Source: Octopus vulgaris
Lineage: Eukaryota
Direction of reading: 5' to 3'
Length of the DNA: 64,000 nt
Assembly: GCA_951406725.2 (NCBI GenBank)
Contig: OX597822.1
Coordinates: 34,162,001 to 34,226,000 of the forward strand
Below, piece by piece: positions 14,478 to 27,428 of the stretch. A model generated the notes under the pieces. The model saw only the letters and a list, made by a program, of their open reading frames with translations. It was not told the DNA's origin and ran no database searches. Position 1 is the first letter of the stretch, and the number at the start of each line of letters is the position of its first letter. A program made the position numbers and the translations under genes.

Positions 14478-14960
14478 TCATCATTACTTCAGCCTCTCCC
14501 GTGATGAGATGGTGATGACGATTACGATGAGGATGATGATAATGATGATCATAATCCTACTCCACCACCACCACCATACTACCATTATCATCATCACTAT
14601 CACAACCATCACCACCAACATCCCCATGCCATCATCATCATCATCATCATCATCACTACAACAACCACCACCACCACCATCACCACCACTACTATCACCA
14701 CCGCTAGCAGCACCACCACCACCATTCACTCCACCGCCTCCTCCTCCTCCTCCTCCTCCTCCTCCTCCTCCTCCTCCTCCTCCCCATTCACCACATCGTC
14801 ATCATCTTCATTATCATCATCACCATCATCACCATCATCATCCATCCATCAATGGCAAGCTATTCGAATTCTCTAATGAATGAGGCTCTTAATAAGCGTT
14901 CCCAGCTATGTCGACAACAACAACAACATCACCAGCAACAGCAACAACAACAGCCGACAT
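14403..14960. repeat. Compound trinucleotide repeats (CAT/CAC/CCT/CAA)
   Basis: Direct reading of the sequence. Confidence 0.9.
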
Positions 14961-15478
14961 CCTGTGGCGAGGGTTTCTATGGAAACCCATGTGTAGGTGT
15001 TTGTTTTCAAAGAGTCGAGTTTGTGTTTAGAGGAAAGAGTAATGAGTAAGTTAGGGGATTGGGTGGGTGCGTTTGTGTGTGTATGTGTGTGTGTCTTATG
15101 TATGCACTTGTGTGTGTGTGTGTGTATATAGATATATGTATATATGTGTGTACATGAGAGTGCATATATGTACGTAGGTGTGTGTGTGTGTGTTTATATA
15201 CATGTACATACGTGTGTGAATATACATGTATATATATGTATATGTGGGTACATGGAAATATGTATGTGTGTAGGTGCGTTCGTGAGTGTGTGTGAGTCTT
15301 TGTGTGTGTGTGTGTGTGCATGTGTGTGTATGTGAGCGTGTGTGAGTGCATGTGTTAAATAAATAATGAATAGCTAATTGCAAGAACGTAGAATCTCTCG
15401 GCTGATATCAATAGCACCATTCTACGCAAGAGAAAAAGAAAGAAAGAGAGGGAGAGAGAGAGAGAAAGGAGTGAGTGA

Positions 15479-15516
<38 letters not shown>

Positions 15517-16059
15517 AAGGGCTTACAGTTTAATTAGACATTCTGCCATAAGAAGACCAAATATGCCAATACAAACCAATCTTGCTTTTGAGTCCTAGAA
15601 TCCACACTTCGGAGTCGTGTGGTGTTCATTGAAGGTTCAGAAAGAGAAACTTCTTCCAGGTTAATGAAATTCTCGCAAAGATGGGACAATCTGTACTATT
15701 GTTTTTACCTGTTTTAGTCTTTGGACCAAAGGCAACTATGCAGGGGCACCGCCTTAAAGAGCTTAGTTAAACTAATCGACCCCAATGTTAATTATATTAA
15801 AAGTTTGGATCTCACTCCATGCGTTTCTTTTTGTCGAATCGCCAAGTTATTTGGTCGTAAACAAAGCACAACCGGTTTTTAAGTGATGGTAGGAGGGGAC
15901 TAAGACAAGCGCATACACATGCATACATACATACATGCATACATACATACATACATACAAACATACATACATACATACATACAAACATACATACATACAA
16001 ACATACATACATATATATGTATATGTGTATATATATATTTCTATATATGTACACATACA

Positions 16060-16560
16060 TACGCATATTAAAAAGGGGAAGGTCGGTTTATTAGATTACC
16101 TTAGGTTTCCCGTCCATAAAGGGTTTAACTTTATGGCGTAATCTCCGACCCCAAAACCTGTTGGCCTATGATCTCTTCAAAAGCCTCGCTACTCAAAGTA
16201 AACAATTGGGGATTGTGTCCCTTAGCTATTGGGTATCAACTTCCGGCTGTGCTGCCATCTTGTGGGTTTCAAAAGGCTAGTAGGAACCGCCTAAAAATAT
16301 AAATATGGCCCGAAAATCGTCGTTCTAGAGTTGAGGATGTTCCCTGGTTCAAGTGAGTCTTTTAGGATTCTCGCGCGTTCAGCTATGCATAATTTGCAAC
16401 ACTTCGTCCAGTTGATGCAGGCGCCTTGGGTCTCAAGGATTTTCCGTGAGATCAAGTATGGGATCGCATCGTCTCTTAGTTGCCAGACGTGGCTGGCCAG
16501 CGATGTTACGTATCTTTTTCCGGAACTCTGAAGGAGGAGGGCCTGTGGCTGGAGTCACGC
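16060..16560 (-). mobile_element. Decayed Penelope-like 3' fragment (GIY-YIG C-terminus, Naiad-like pattern)
   Basis: The minus strand reads TSLASHVWQLRDDAIPYLISRKILETQGACINWTKCCKLCIAERARIL...ILNSR, resembling the T.L..H.W.L / C.LC..E...I / LN.R endonuclease tail. Confidence 0.55.
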
Positions 16561-16602
16561 TGCTTGAATGAGCTCCTCCACACACACACACATCTCTCTC
16601 TC

Positions 16603-16661
<59 letters not shown>

Positions 16662-16674
16662 CTATACATACATA

Positions 16675-16835
16675 CAAGGGGGTACTGAAAAGTTCCTGGC
16701 TTTAAGGATATCAGGAAAGGCTGGGTTGGAGGCCCACCAACCATCCGAAATCTTTTACAGGGCTTAGAAAAACTGAAGGACCGCTGTAATAAATGTGTGA
16801 ATCTGAGAGGGGGGGAATATGTTGAATGAAATCAT
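16675..16835 (+). mobile_element. mariner internal-deletion relic
   Basis: TA|CAAGGGGGTACTGAAAAGTTCC TIR-like end joined to GLEKLKDRCNKCVNLR..EYVE*, a typical mariner transposase C-terminus. Confidence 0.7.
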
Positions 16836-17264
16836 ATGTACTTACACACATACACACACACACATATACATCCAGTACCTAGCATCTGGGTACTAGATTT
16901 ACTCACAATGACCACATATTTGCAAAATGGGCTTCAAGAGCATTAAATCTATTTTAAATTTAGTTTACTTTACTTTAATTTAATTTAATTTAATTTAATT
17001 TAAATTTAATTCCACGTCTTTCTCCCTTGCCATTTTTGTTTCAAATTTCTGCGCCCGGTCAGCATCGGATTGGGGGCAAGTTGATTACGTTGACGCCAGT
17101 GTTCAACTGGTAATTATTTTATCGATCCCCAAAGGGATGCAAGTCTATCTCGGCAGAATTTGAATTCAGAACGTAAAACCGGAAGAAATGCCGCTAAGCA
17201 TTATGTCTGGCGTACTTACGATTCTGGCAGTCAACAAGCCAGCCTAATAATAATGATGATAATA

Positions 17265-17333
<69 letters not shown>

Positions 17334-17520
17334 GTCCTTTCTACTGGAGGCACAAGGCCCCAAATTTGTGGGGTGGAGGGACTATTCGATTATATCGACC
17401 CCAGATTTTCGCTGGTACTTAATTTATCGACTCCGAAAGGATGAAAGGCAAAGTCGACCTTGGCGGAATTTGAGTTCAGGACATGGCGATGGGCGAAATA
17501 CCGCTAAGCATTTCGTTATC

Positions 17521-17576
<56 letters not shown>

Positions 17577-17956
17577 AACAATAATCCTTTCTACTAAAGG
17601 CACAAGGTCTGAAATTTTGTTAGAGGGGACTAGTCGATTATATCAACCCCATTGATTTACTGATACTTAATTTATCGACCCGAAAGGATGAAAGGTAAAG
17701 ATGGCCTCGGCGGAATTTCCACTCAAAACGAAAAGACGGAAGAAATGCCGCTAAGCATTTTGTTCGTCGCGCTGAGGATTCTAACAGCGCATCACCTTAG
17801 GAGGTAGAATCATATCAAAATTCTCTGAAGTATTTAGTCTGACTGCCTACCATACTACCATGCAGACTGTCTGCACGAACCGACGTAAGTGGAGTTGGTA
17901 TGCGGTTGCTCGATCTATTTGAAACAGTTCTATAATTAAAAGATGACGAATTATGT

Positions 17957-18140
17957 ACATTATTTACGTTATTTACGTTTGACGGATATTTGTCCTCATC
18001 TTGGAATGAGAACCCAGGCTCGAAATTTCCCCAAGACGCCTGATGAAGGCTGGAGGGTATATATCAGCCGAAACGTTGAATTAGCAACAAACAAGATGAG
18101 GACAAATATCAGTCGAATGTAAATAATCTAAATAACGTAA
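17957..18140 (+). mobile_element. Short inverted-repeat element containing a hammerhead core (Penelope pseudo-LTR-like)
   Basis: gacggatatttgtcctcatcttg and caagatgaggacaaatatcagtc are inverted. Between them lies CTGATGA A GGCTG..CAGCC GAAA CGTT (18040-18077). Confidence 0.7.
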
Positions 18141-18745
18141 TTAACCACTTTATCTCGCTACAAAATCATAGTCTAACATCTTAAGGAATGAGAGGCACAC
18201 GACATGATATCTTCTTATATTCTACACCGTGTCTTCCCGCCCTACTCAATATAACTTTCAGGCCTTGCTGAATAATATTAACAACAACAACAACAACAAC
18301 AACGACAATAATAATAATGATCCTTTCTACTGGAGGCACAAGGCCCCAGATTTGTGAGGTGGGGACTAGTTGACTCCTGGACTTATTCTTTGTAAGCCTG
18401 GTGCTTATTCTATCGGCCTCTTCTTCCGAACCGCTACGTTACGGGTGCGTAAACACACCAACATCAGTTGTCAAACGAATCGGTGGGAGGCAAGCACAGA
18501 CATAAACACACACACATAAATATATACATATATGTAAATACGACAGGCTTCTTTCAGTTTCCGTCTACCAAATCCACTCACAAGGCTTTGTTCGGCCCGA
18601 GGCTATATATAATAGAAGACACTTGCTCAAAGTGCCACGCAGCGGGACTGAACCCGGAACCACGCTCTATCTTATCTACTAGGAATCGCCACCGACTTAA
18701 TAATAACACTGTTTGTTTATTCAGTATTTTCTTTTGCATTTCCAG

Positions 18746-18897
18746 GTGAATCCAAAAGGCCTTTCTGCCAAGTGTGGTCTGAGACCAGGGGACGGAATTT
18801 TGGAGATCTGTAATGAAAATGCTACACATTGGAGTCACGATACAGCTAAGGCGGCTATGGTCAGAGCTGGCAACGAGATCGACTTTGTTGTCCAACG
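18746..18897 (+). CDS. Internal coding exon: C-terminal half of a PDZ domain (PDLIM/ALP-Enigma/Zasp-like protein)
   Basis: Acceptor ttttcttttgcatttccag, donor CG|gtaagt; 152 nt, phase 0 to 2. Translates VNPKGLSAKCGLRPGDGILEICNENATHWSHDTAKAAMVRAGNEIDFVVQR, with the PDZ GLxxGDxI and H motifs. Confidence 0.9.
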
Positions 18898-19597
18898 GTA
18901 AGTTGTATAAGTATCTCAATATCAGAATCGTTAGATTATCCGATTAAATGCCTAACGGTATTTAGTTATGGCGGCGAGCTGGCAGAAACGTTAGCACGCC
19001 GGGCGAAATGCTTAGCGGTATTTCGTCTGCGTTACGTTGTGAGTTCAAATTCCGCCGAGGTCGACTTTGCCTTTCATCCTTTCGGGGTCGATAAATTAAG
19101 TACCAGTTACGCATGTAATCGACTTAATACCTATGTCTGTCCTTGTTTGTCCGCTCTGTGTTTAGCCCCTTGTGGGTAATAAAGAAATAGGTATTTAGTT
19201 ATGGCTTTTTATGTCCTGAGTTCAAATTCCCACTGGGGTCCACTTTGCCTTTCATTCCTCCAGCAGTTAGTTAAATTAGAGTAGCAGTAAAGACACTGGA
19301 GTCGATGTTTTCGACTAAGGCCATCTAATTAATCTACTGCGGAGAGCGGATATAACCACTTGAAGTTTCATTACCCTAAAATGCGGACAGCAATTATGTG
19401 CACTAACCTGTCTTTTGTTAAAACTATTTTCTGTTCTGATACATCAAGTTTTTTCAGAGGCAGCGTGACTTGGAGAAAATACCGATTCTAGTTTTTGCTA
19501 AATACTTAACATCCTTGCTGGAATAACCAGGAAATTTAATTTCGCAGTGAACGGGTTAAAATTGCTGGTCCTGCACCTAAGTCATCATAATCATCGC

Positions 19598-19655
<58 letters not shown>

Positions 19656-19657
<2 letters not shown>

Positions 19658-19774
19658 TTACGGCCATATCACGTTGAAAGCACCGGTTCTAGTCTGATCA
19701 CCGAGGTTAAGCAACGTCGAGCCTAGTCAGTACTTAGATGGGTGACCGCTTGGGAAACCTAGGTGCAGTAAGCA
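19656..19774 (+). pseudogene. Full-length 5S rRNA copy, probably the head of a retroposed or SINE3-type element
   Basis: cttacggccatatcacgttgaaagcaccggttc...tagtcagtacttagatgggtgaccgcttgggaa...gtaagca follows the invertebrate 5S pattern with pairing ends. It is solitary, has no oligo-T terminator and is followed by a SINE-type tail. Confidence 0.9.
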
Positions 19775-19867
19775 TAGTAAAAATGGCGGTGCCCCAGCAT
19801 GGCCACAGCTTGTGAGCTGAAACTAGATACATATAAAAAAAAAATATTATTATAATGATTTATTATG

Positions 19868-20392
19868 AAAGACTCTCGGATAATTCTTAATTACCGGTTA
19901 TTCTTTACTTGGAGGCAGGCAACAACAAATCACCAAAGGTTTCAAGTAATGCCTTCTACTGCGACTCAAAGAGACAATATTCTCCCTAGAATGCAAGCTG
20001 TACCCAACAATGCTGCCTTCTGGATCTTCTCGAGCCTGACAGCAGCTCCAGTATTCTTAATATGTTTTTCAAAGCTCTTGATAACTGTTCCTAACGCTCC
20101 AGCCTCATAACTTTGCTATCTCGTCACGCAGTGGCTAGTATTTCTCAATCTTTTGTTTCCTTACATTTCACCCTCGAATCGCTTAGTAGTGCAGCATCTA
20201 TTATCTTTATTTCTTTTTCATCTTTATGGACGAGCACGATATCTGGTCGTCTCGCCTCTATGACTTGGTCACACTGCATGTTAAAATCCCAGAGTCTTTT
20301 GTAATGTTCATTTTCCATTCCTCCCTCTGACTTGTATTCATACCATTGTTCAGCTCTCTCGAGGTTTGCTTTACCGCACAACAACCAGTGGA

Positions 20393-20394
<2 letters not shown>
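19868..20394 (-). mobile_element. 5'-truncated R4/Dong-type non-LTR retrotransposon (restriction-like endonuclease region)
   Basis: LWDFNMQCDQVIEARRPDIVLVHKDEKEIKIIDAA and the terminal QKAALLGTACIL motif; flanked by (TAA/ATT)n. Confidence 0.85.
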
Positions 20395-20444
<50 letters not shown>

Positions 20445-20702
20445 GTCAAGTCAAGGTTAAGGTCCATTCATTCATTTATTTTATGATAACTTTGTTCTTG
20501 ACATTGTCTGGATCGAGGTGGTAATATTTCCGTTTAATTGCGTCCCTTTTTGGGGTTGCAACTCAAAGATGTTTATTTTGAATTTCTTGTAAAAACAAAG
20601 ATTTGGAAATTTTCAAAATCTACAAATATGTCGGAACAAAACAGAACAGTGATAGCAATCGGCGGTGGAGGGCGTCCCGTCGACACATTTCCAAGTGCCA
20701 CT

Positions 20703-20805
20703 GTTGCCATGATAACCAGAATATGACGTCAAAGACAAGCACGTTGGAGCTGAAACAAATTTATCGCATTTAAGTAATAAAATTTTGTCCTGTTGCTATG
20801 ACTAC
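20703..20805. promoter_or_regulatory. Candidate intronic regulatory element: RFX X-box-like sites plus a CRE
   Basis: GTTGCCATGATAAC (20703-20716), TGACGTCA (20724-20731) and GTTGCTATGACTAC (20792-20805) in non-repetitive, GC-richer sequence. Confidence 0.35.
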
Positions 20806-21164
20806 GGCCACACCTTCAAAAGTACAAGCAGCATCAGCAACAGCAGCAGCCGTTCAAGAATTTGGACCTGGAGATCTCCATTTCCAGCGACTTCGAGGGC
20901 CACCTCCCAGTGGTGTCGGGCGTCAATAAAGATCCCTCGACTACAAGAAGACGACCAAAGTTTTTTTTCCCACGGTCTGGGGGCTCCCGCCCCTAAGCCC
21001 TAGACCATCACCTAATCCCCCTTACCCGTCTTGTTGCTTACCAACAACAGCAACAAGAATGACAGTATGTGCAACAGAGTTTTGTCAGGCCACGTTGAAA
21101 ACAACAAATTTTCCCACAGACATGGTAAACATAGCTATGTGGCCTCTGCGGCAAAAGATCATCA

Positions 21165-21560
21165 TCGTCAGCCTGTATCTCCCTTTGTACATGCGATTTT
21201 TATTTAATGAGACCAGTTCTAGAAAGTTTTCCTCAGTTGCTTACACGTTACACCTAAATTCTGGATGGAAATCTGGAATCTCTCTTTCCCCCTTTCGCAA
21301 GTATCGCTTGAGTTCTGCATATTTAATACGCTTTGTCTCAAACTTCATACAACCATCTTTAACTATGCTATTTCAGCCTGTTCTGTTCTTTGCAAAAAAG
21401 CAGAACATTCCCAATTTCTGATGTCCATTCCCAGAATCTCTTCAAATTATCCTAAACCGAATCGTTTCTTTGGTTTAGGATTTGGCCTCTTTATTTGAAA
21501 GCTCTTTATAAAACAATCTCTCGGGCAACCTAGTACCTTTGATTCTAACAACATGACCAG
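21165..21560 (-). mobile_element. Decayed RTE-clade LINE 3' fragment
   Basis: The minus strand reads HVVRIKGTRLPERLFYKEL...KFETKRIKYAELKRYLRK, resembling an RTE ORF C-terminus. Confidence 0.55.
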
Positions 21561-22580
21561 CATAGGCGCAGGAGTAGCTGTGTGCATAGGCGCAGGAGTT
21601 GCTGTGTGGTAAGTAGCTTGATATATGTGTGGTTCGGAAAAAGAGACCGATCGAATAAGTACTAGGCTTACAAAGAATAAGTTCTGGGGTCGATTTGTTC
21701 GACTAAAGGCGGTGCTCCATCATGGCCGCAGTCAAATGACTGAAGCAAATAAAAGAAATAAAAGAAACAAAAAGAAGCCCCAACACGTTTGACTATAGAC
21801 AATAATTTCAATACTGTCACAAACGGCCCTCCTCACTACTTCCGCGTCATGTAGCAAACATGTTCAATTAACTCCTTAAGTCTGTCTTAGACAGTTTTTA
21901 TGAAACCTTTCAAGCCAATTTATACGCCGCCTGACGGTTGTCTACACCTCAAATCCATAAAATAATTTCAGTTACCTAGGTGCAAAATTATGGCCAACAT
22001 CTGTTTCAAGTTGTGGGCCCATAAACGTATTAGACTGGAAGCTATTAGACTGGTTTCCGTGGAGTTTCAGCAACTGACAGCTCCATTAAAGAGTATGTCA
22101 TTCCACTGCAATGTTGATCCAACCACAAGCTATTTCTGGGGTTTGATTTCAGATGAATATATAAAACGTGAAATGAAGTACCTTGCTTAAAATTATAACA
22201 CATCATCCTCTCCGGAGTCGAACCCATGACTTTACGAGCAATCTAATCTCTAGGGAACACATACATGCATACATATATACATACATACATACATGTATAT
22301 AGACACGTACATACACATATACATACATTCATACATATACATACATAAATACATACATATACATACATGTACAACTCTCCCGTTGATGTTGAAATTCCAA
22401 TGAACGAGCCTTAGATGTAGGTTATAAACCGACTCTTTCTCCATTGGAAATAAATCTAGAGATAAAACTAAATAATATCATACATACATGCATACCCAAA
22501 CATATACATTCACATATACATACATAATACATACAGAAATATACATACGTAAACGCATAGATTCAGACACACACATGTAT

Positions 22581-22645
<65 letters not shown>

Positions 22646-23374
22646 CATACACACATACATACATACACAAACATACATACATGCACACACATACATACAT
22701 ACATACATACATACTAACACATACATACATACATACACATACATGCATACATACACATACATACATACATACATACACACACACATACATACATACATAC
22801 ACACACACATACATGCATACGCACATACATACATACATACATGCATACATACATACCTAAATACATACATACAATCTTTTTGTATATTAAGACGATATTA
22901 TTAATTATATATTAATTTTCAAGGTGACTTTGACATTCATTCCCCTCCTCCCACTGGATTCCTACCTTATTCCATATCGTATTTAACAGGGTTTCCAATT
23001 ATTTGTCATCTGCCGTATACAGTTTGACGTCATCCATATTCACCTGATGGTTCATTGATATCTGATATCACGTGTTTCCGCGTCTATATGGCTTAGTATG
23101 CCAGTATGAACACAGAGCAAGACAGAAGAGGAGAAAGGAGAGAGAGAATTCTCTTTGAGTATCTCTGTTCTGAGAAGGATTGCTTGCTTTTACTTAATTT
23201 ACTCTTTTGCTTGAATCCGTACGACTGTTTTTCATTTAACCGTGACATGTTTGCTGCACCTGCTAGTCATTAGTCTTAACTTACACTGTTAAAAGCCCTC
23301 AAATAATCAGTATATGTTATACACGAGTTCTTTAGTCTATACTTAATCCATTCAGTTATGATTTTAGTAAGTCT

Positions 23375-23660
23375 ACATTACCCCGAAAAGAGCATAGGGC
23401 CGCGACAATTTCATGCCAGTGGACGCGATCTTAGGTTACCTCCTTGATTTCAGACCAGGAAAGACCAATGGCTTTCGCTTCATCCGCCATGTATCTTTTC
23501 CAAGTTTTCTTAGGTCGTCCAACGTTCCGCTTTCCTTCAGATTGCCAGTCTAACACTCATCTTGCAATGCTGCTTGGAGGTCTCCTTAAAATGCTACCAA
23601 TCCAACTCTATTTCCTTTTCAGAATTTCTTGATTAATAGGAGTTTGGATCGTTCTTCCTT
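23375..23660 (-). mobile_element. RTE-clade LINE 3' fragment
   Basis: The minus strand reads SWIG...GKRNVGRPKKTWKR...DRVHWHEIVAALCS. Confidence 0.7.
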
Positions 23661-25586
23661 AATTCCATTTAGTTCCTTTCTGCTCTTCTGAAATTACGTT
23701 CTATTTTTGTTTACGCGTTTGTTATTTCTAAAAGTATAATAACAATTGCCCTTTATCTAATGCAACCATATCAGGGATGGAAGACCGAGCGTTGTCGGCT
23801 AAGGAGTCGGATGAGCATATTTCCGCTAGGCACGATAGTTATTGCTAATAATAAAATATTGAAAACATGCCAAAATATCAGTCCTTTAGCACAAACCTAC
23901 AAACAATTTTGCTAGCGGTACATCGGCAGTTATGTGTAGAAGTCACATCATCTCATTATACCACCATCAGTATATATAACCCACACCTGATATGTATCTT
24001 GTATTATTTAATGACTATGTTACATTTAAGAAGCTATTTTTAATTTTCTAAATCGAGATTCAATGAAGTTGATGGAGGGAATGTTAAACTTTCATCCGCC
24101 TGTCAGTTATTTGCAAGGAGTGGATGACAGCAAAATCATAGCAGTGGTGTGCCACCTTGGTGACCAACAGCAGTTACATGAAACAACACAGCCAGAAATA
24201 CGAAGTTTACAATAAGCATGGTAGTCCCCTGACCAAAATATAATCCGGTATGAGGTTGGTCTGAAAAATGATAAAGTTGAAATACAGTACTCTCGTTATG
24301 TAGTCTGTTTATGATAAACTTATGGTTTCATACTTTATTCCAGTAGATTGTCATAGCATTGCATTCACAAATGTATGGTGAACATACTTGCTTTTTTTTT
24401 CTACGAAATATATTTGTAAAATAGGGTGTGTTTTATGCGAGAATATGGCTTATACGTCGGCAAATTCTGTATTAGTGCTTTATAGGCAGATTTAATGCAA
24501 ATAGCTTCGGAAATTACAACTCTTTTGTTGAGCCATTCAAGTGTTTCTGATCATTTCATTCCAGTGAATCGCCGAGTATCTTTGCAAGTATTTTGTGGAT
24601 ATATGTGAGATACTTTCAAAGTATCAAGGAGTTTTACCGTTTTTTGTATTATCAAGGTTACTTCTTGGGCTGTTATCTTTTCTGTCGGTTGCTCTGATGG
24701 ATATTAGCGTCTACATGATTTCGCTTGATGTTGTCTCCGATGATCATACGTTAATAACCTAATGCTTTAAGGGAGTTACTATTATTAATTTAGAAATAAA
24801 GGTTCTAGTTTGGTACTATGTAAACATCGGGGAATAAACCACGTGATGATGATCGTAGTTCAAGCCGATATAAATGTAAATGTAACATTTAAATAATAAA
24901 AATAATTAATCTCCACTGTCGAGGTTAATAGTCTGGAAAATGAAGCCTTATTAGCAGTAGTTCATCTCGGACATTTAGTCCTTTAATCTATGGTACCCCT
25001 GTCACAGATAGGTGACAAATTAACAGAGTCGTTAGAATATCAACCGATATGCTCTATAGCATTTACTCCGGGTTCTTGCGCTCTGAGTTCAAACCCCACT
25101 GGGGTTTTATCCTTCTGGGAATCGATGAATAAAACACCAGTCTAGAACAGTTAACTAACATAATAAATAAAATGTCGGACCGGGGAGTTTCAGTATTTGT
25201 TCTGCCTCTTTGCATTCTGAGTTCAAACCCCACCAGAGCCTATTCGAGTAATAGGCCTAATCCGCCGACCCGTTTAATACATTGAGTACCGTTAGCGGAG
25301 TCCATTCTGTTGCAAGCATTTAGACCAGTTTTCGGGTTTGAGACTACCTTCTACCCATTTTCAGATACCCTACAAAGGATCATAAACTCATAGGCACTCC
25401 TTTCCTTCAGTCTAAGCAATAGAATATTCGTGGACTGAGCGAGCAGAGTTAAGTATTCACATTGTACTGCGGACACATTATAGTACTAATGGCACAATTC
25501 ACAACACCAGCGAAAACCAGCGAAAATCTATTCCGCTGCTTATTTGACGCCTTATCTGTAACTTTCCAAAAATGTTAGTACACTTT

Positions 25587-25890
25587 GTTGTTTGTTCCTT
25601 CTTGAGCCATGCCTGGCTCATAAAGGCCGGTTCCCCGGTTTCATTGGCGTATAGGCTCCCCACCTGGATGGAAGGCCGGTCCGTCGCAGGTGAGCTGCTA
25701 GATGTTGGAGAAAAGAACGAGATAAAGTTGTGGCGAAAGAGTCAGCAGTAATTCGCCATTACCTTCTGCCGGAGCATCGTGGAACTTAGGTGTTTCGCCC
25801 ATAAACAAGTACATCACCCGGTCTGAGATTCGAACCTGCGATTCTTCGACCGCGAGTCCGCTACTCTAACCACTAGGCCATGTGCCTCCA
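25587..25890 (-). mobile_element. SINE family B-like head with a third tail type
   Basis: Diverged head; the tail contains cctgcgacggaccggccttccatccagg; TSD agtacacttt. Confidence 0.8.
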
Positions 25891-26192
25891 CAAGTACACT
25901 TTTGTACAAGGCTAAAACTTGTCAGCTTCTCATGCAGTAGAACACAGTTGGGATATTTTGCAGATATCAAAGTGAAGACAACAAGTTGATAAGTAGTTCT
26001 CCCCTTCCCTTATAGTCACCAATAGAGATTTTCGGAACTACAATTGGCAGAGAAATTTGCAGAGAAATTCTATCCGTCTTGGTGGTTAAAATCTACATAT
26101 TTGTGGAGATAACAAAGGAGTTGTAAGCAGTTGATTTCTTCAAGAATGTAAACTGCATTGCAGAACAGATTAGCAAACTCGTTCTTCGTATA

Positions 26193-26351
26193 ACCGCCGC
26201 CGCTGCCGCCGCCACCACCACCACCACCACCACCACCACCACAACCACCACCATCACCACCACCACCACCACCACCACCACCACCACCACCACCACCACC
26301 ACCACCACCACCACCACCACCACCACCACCACCACCACCACCACCACCACC

Positions 26352-26415
<64 letters not shown>
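26193..26415. repeat. (CCG)(CCA)n(CTA)n microsatellite
   Basis: Direct reading of the sequence. Confidence 0.95.
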
Positions 26416-26684
26416 GCTGTAATTTGGTCGTTTAGATCAGTTATGCGTGAGCAGAAATCTATGATCAAAAGTATTTGAAATGTTTCCAGGATTACCTCAC
26501 CCAAATCGTCTTTCTTTCTTTCTTTCTTTCTTTCTTTTTTGTTGATTTCAGACACTAGAAACTAATTTCAATGAGATTTGATTTACAGTGGTTTCTTCGT
26601 TGTTGCCGTTGCTGTTGCTGTTGTTTGCTGCGGTTCTTCAGTCACAATCCCTGTTGTTCTTGTTGCCAATATGCAATCATATGC

Positions 26685-27428
26685 TAGCAGAACCGTTAGC
26701 ACGTCGGGCGAAATGCGTAGCCGTATTTCGTCTGCCGTTACGTTCTGAGTTCAAATTCCGCCGAGGTCGACTTTGCCTTTCATCCTTTCGGGGTCGATAA
26801 CTTAAGTACCAGTTACGCACTGGGGTCGATGTAATCGACTTAATACCTATGTCTGTCCTTGTTTGTCCCCTCTATGTTTAGCCCCTTCTGGGTAGTAAAG
26901 AAATAGGTATGCTAAAGTTGAGAGTGAGCGTCTCCTCTGCATTCGTAACAATCAAAAAAGTTAAATGCTAACTTAAGTACCAGTTACGTACTGGGGTCGA
27001 TGTAATCGACTTAATCTGTTTGTCTGTCATTGTTTGTCCCCTCTGTGTGTAGCCCCTTGTGGGCAGTAAAGAAATAGGTATTTCGTCTGTCTTTACGCCC
27101 TGAGTTCAAATTCCGCTGAGGTCGACTTTGCCTTTCATCTTTTCGGGGTCGATAACTGAAGTACCAGTTACGCACTGGGGTCGATGTAATCGACTTAATC
27201 TGTTTGTCTGTCATTGTTTGTCCCCTCTGTGTGTAGCCCCTTGTGGGCAGTAAAGAAATAGGTATTTCGTCTGTCTTTACGCCCTGAGTTCAAATTCCGC
27301 TGAGGTCGACTTTGCCTTTCATTTTTCGGGGCCGATAAAGTGCGTACCAGTTGCGCACTGGGGTCGATCTAATCGACTGGCCCCCTCCCCCGAAATGTCG
27401 ACCCTTATGCCTAGAGTAGAAAAGAACA
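26685..27428 (+). mobile_element. SINE family C tandem cluster
   Basis: Units of about 184 bp repeated head to tail, ending in the cctagagtagaaaagaa tail. Confidence 0.85.

Noticed and set aside
19656-19774. Functional 5S rRNA gene
   Set aside because: Solitary, no upstream spacer, no T-run terminator, and followed by a retroposon tail.
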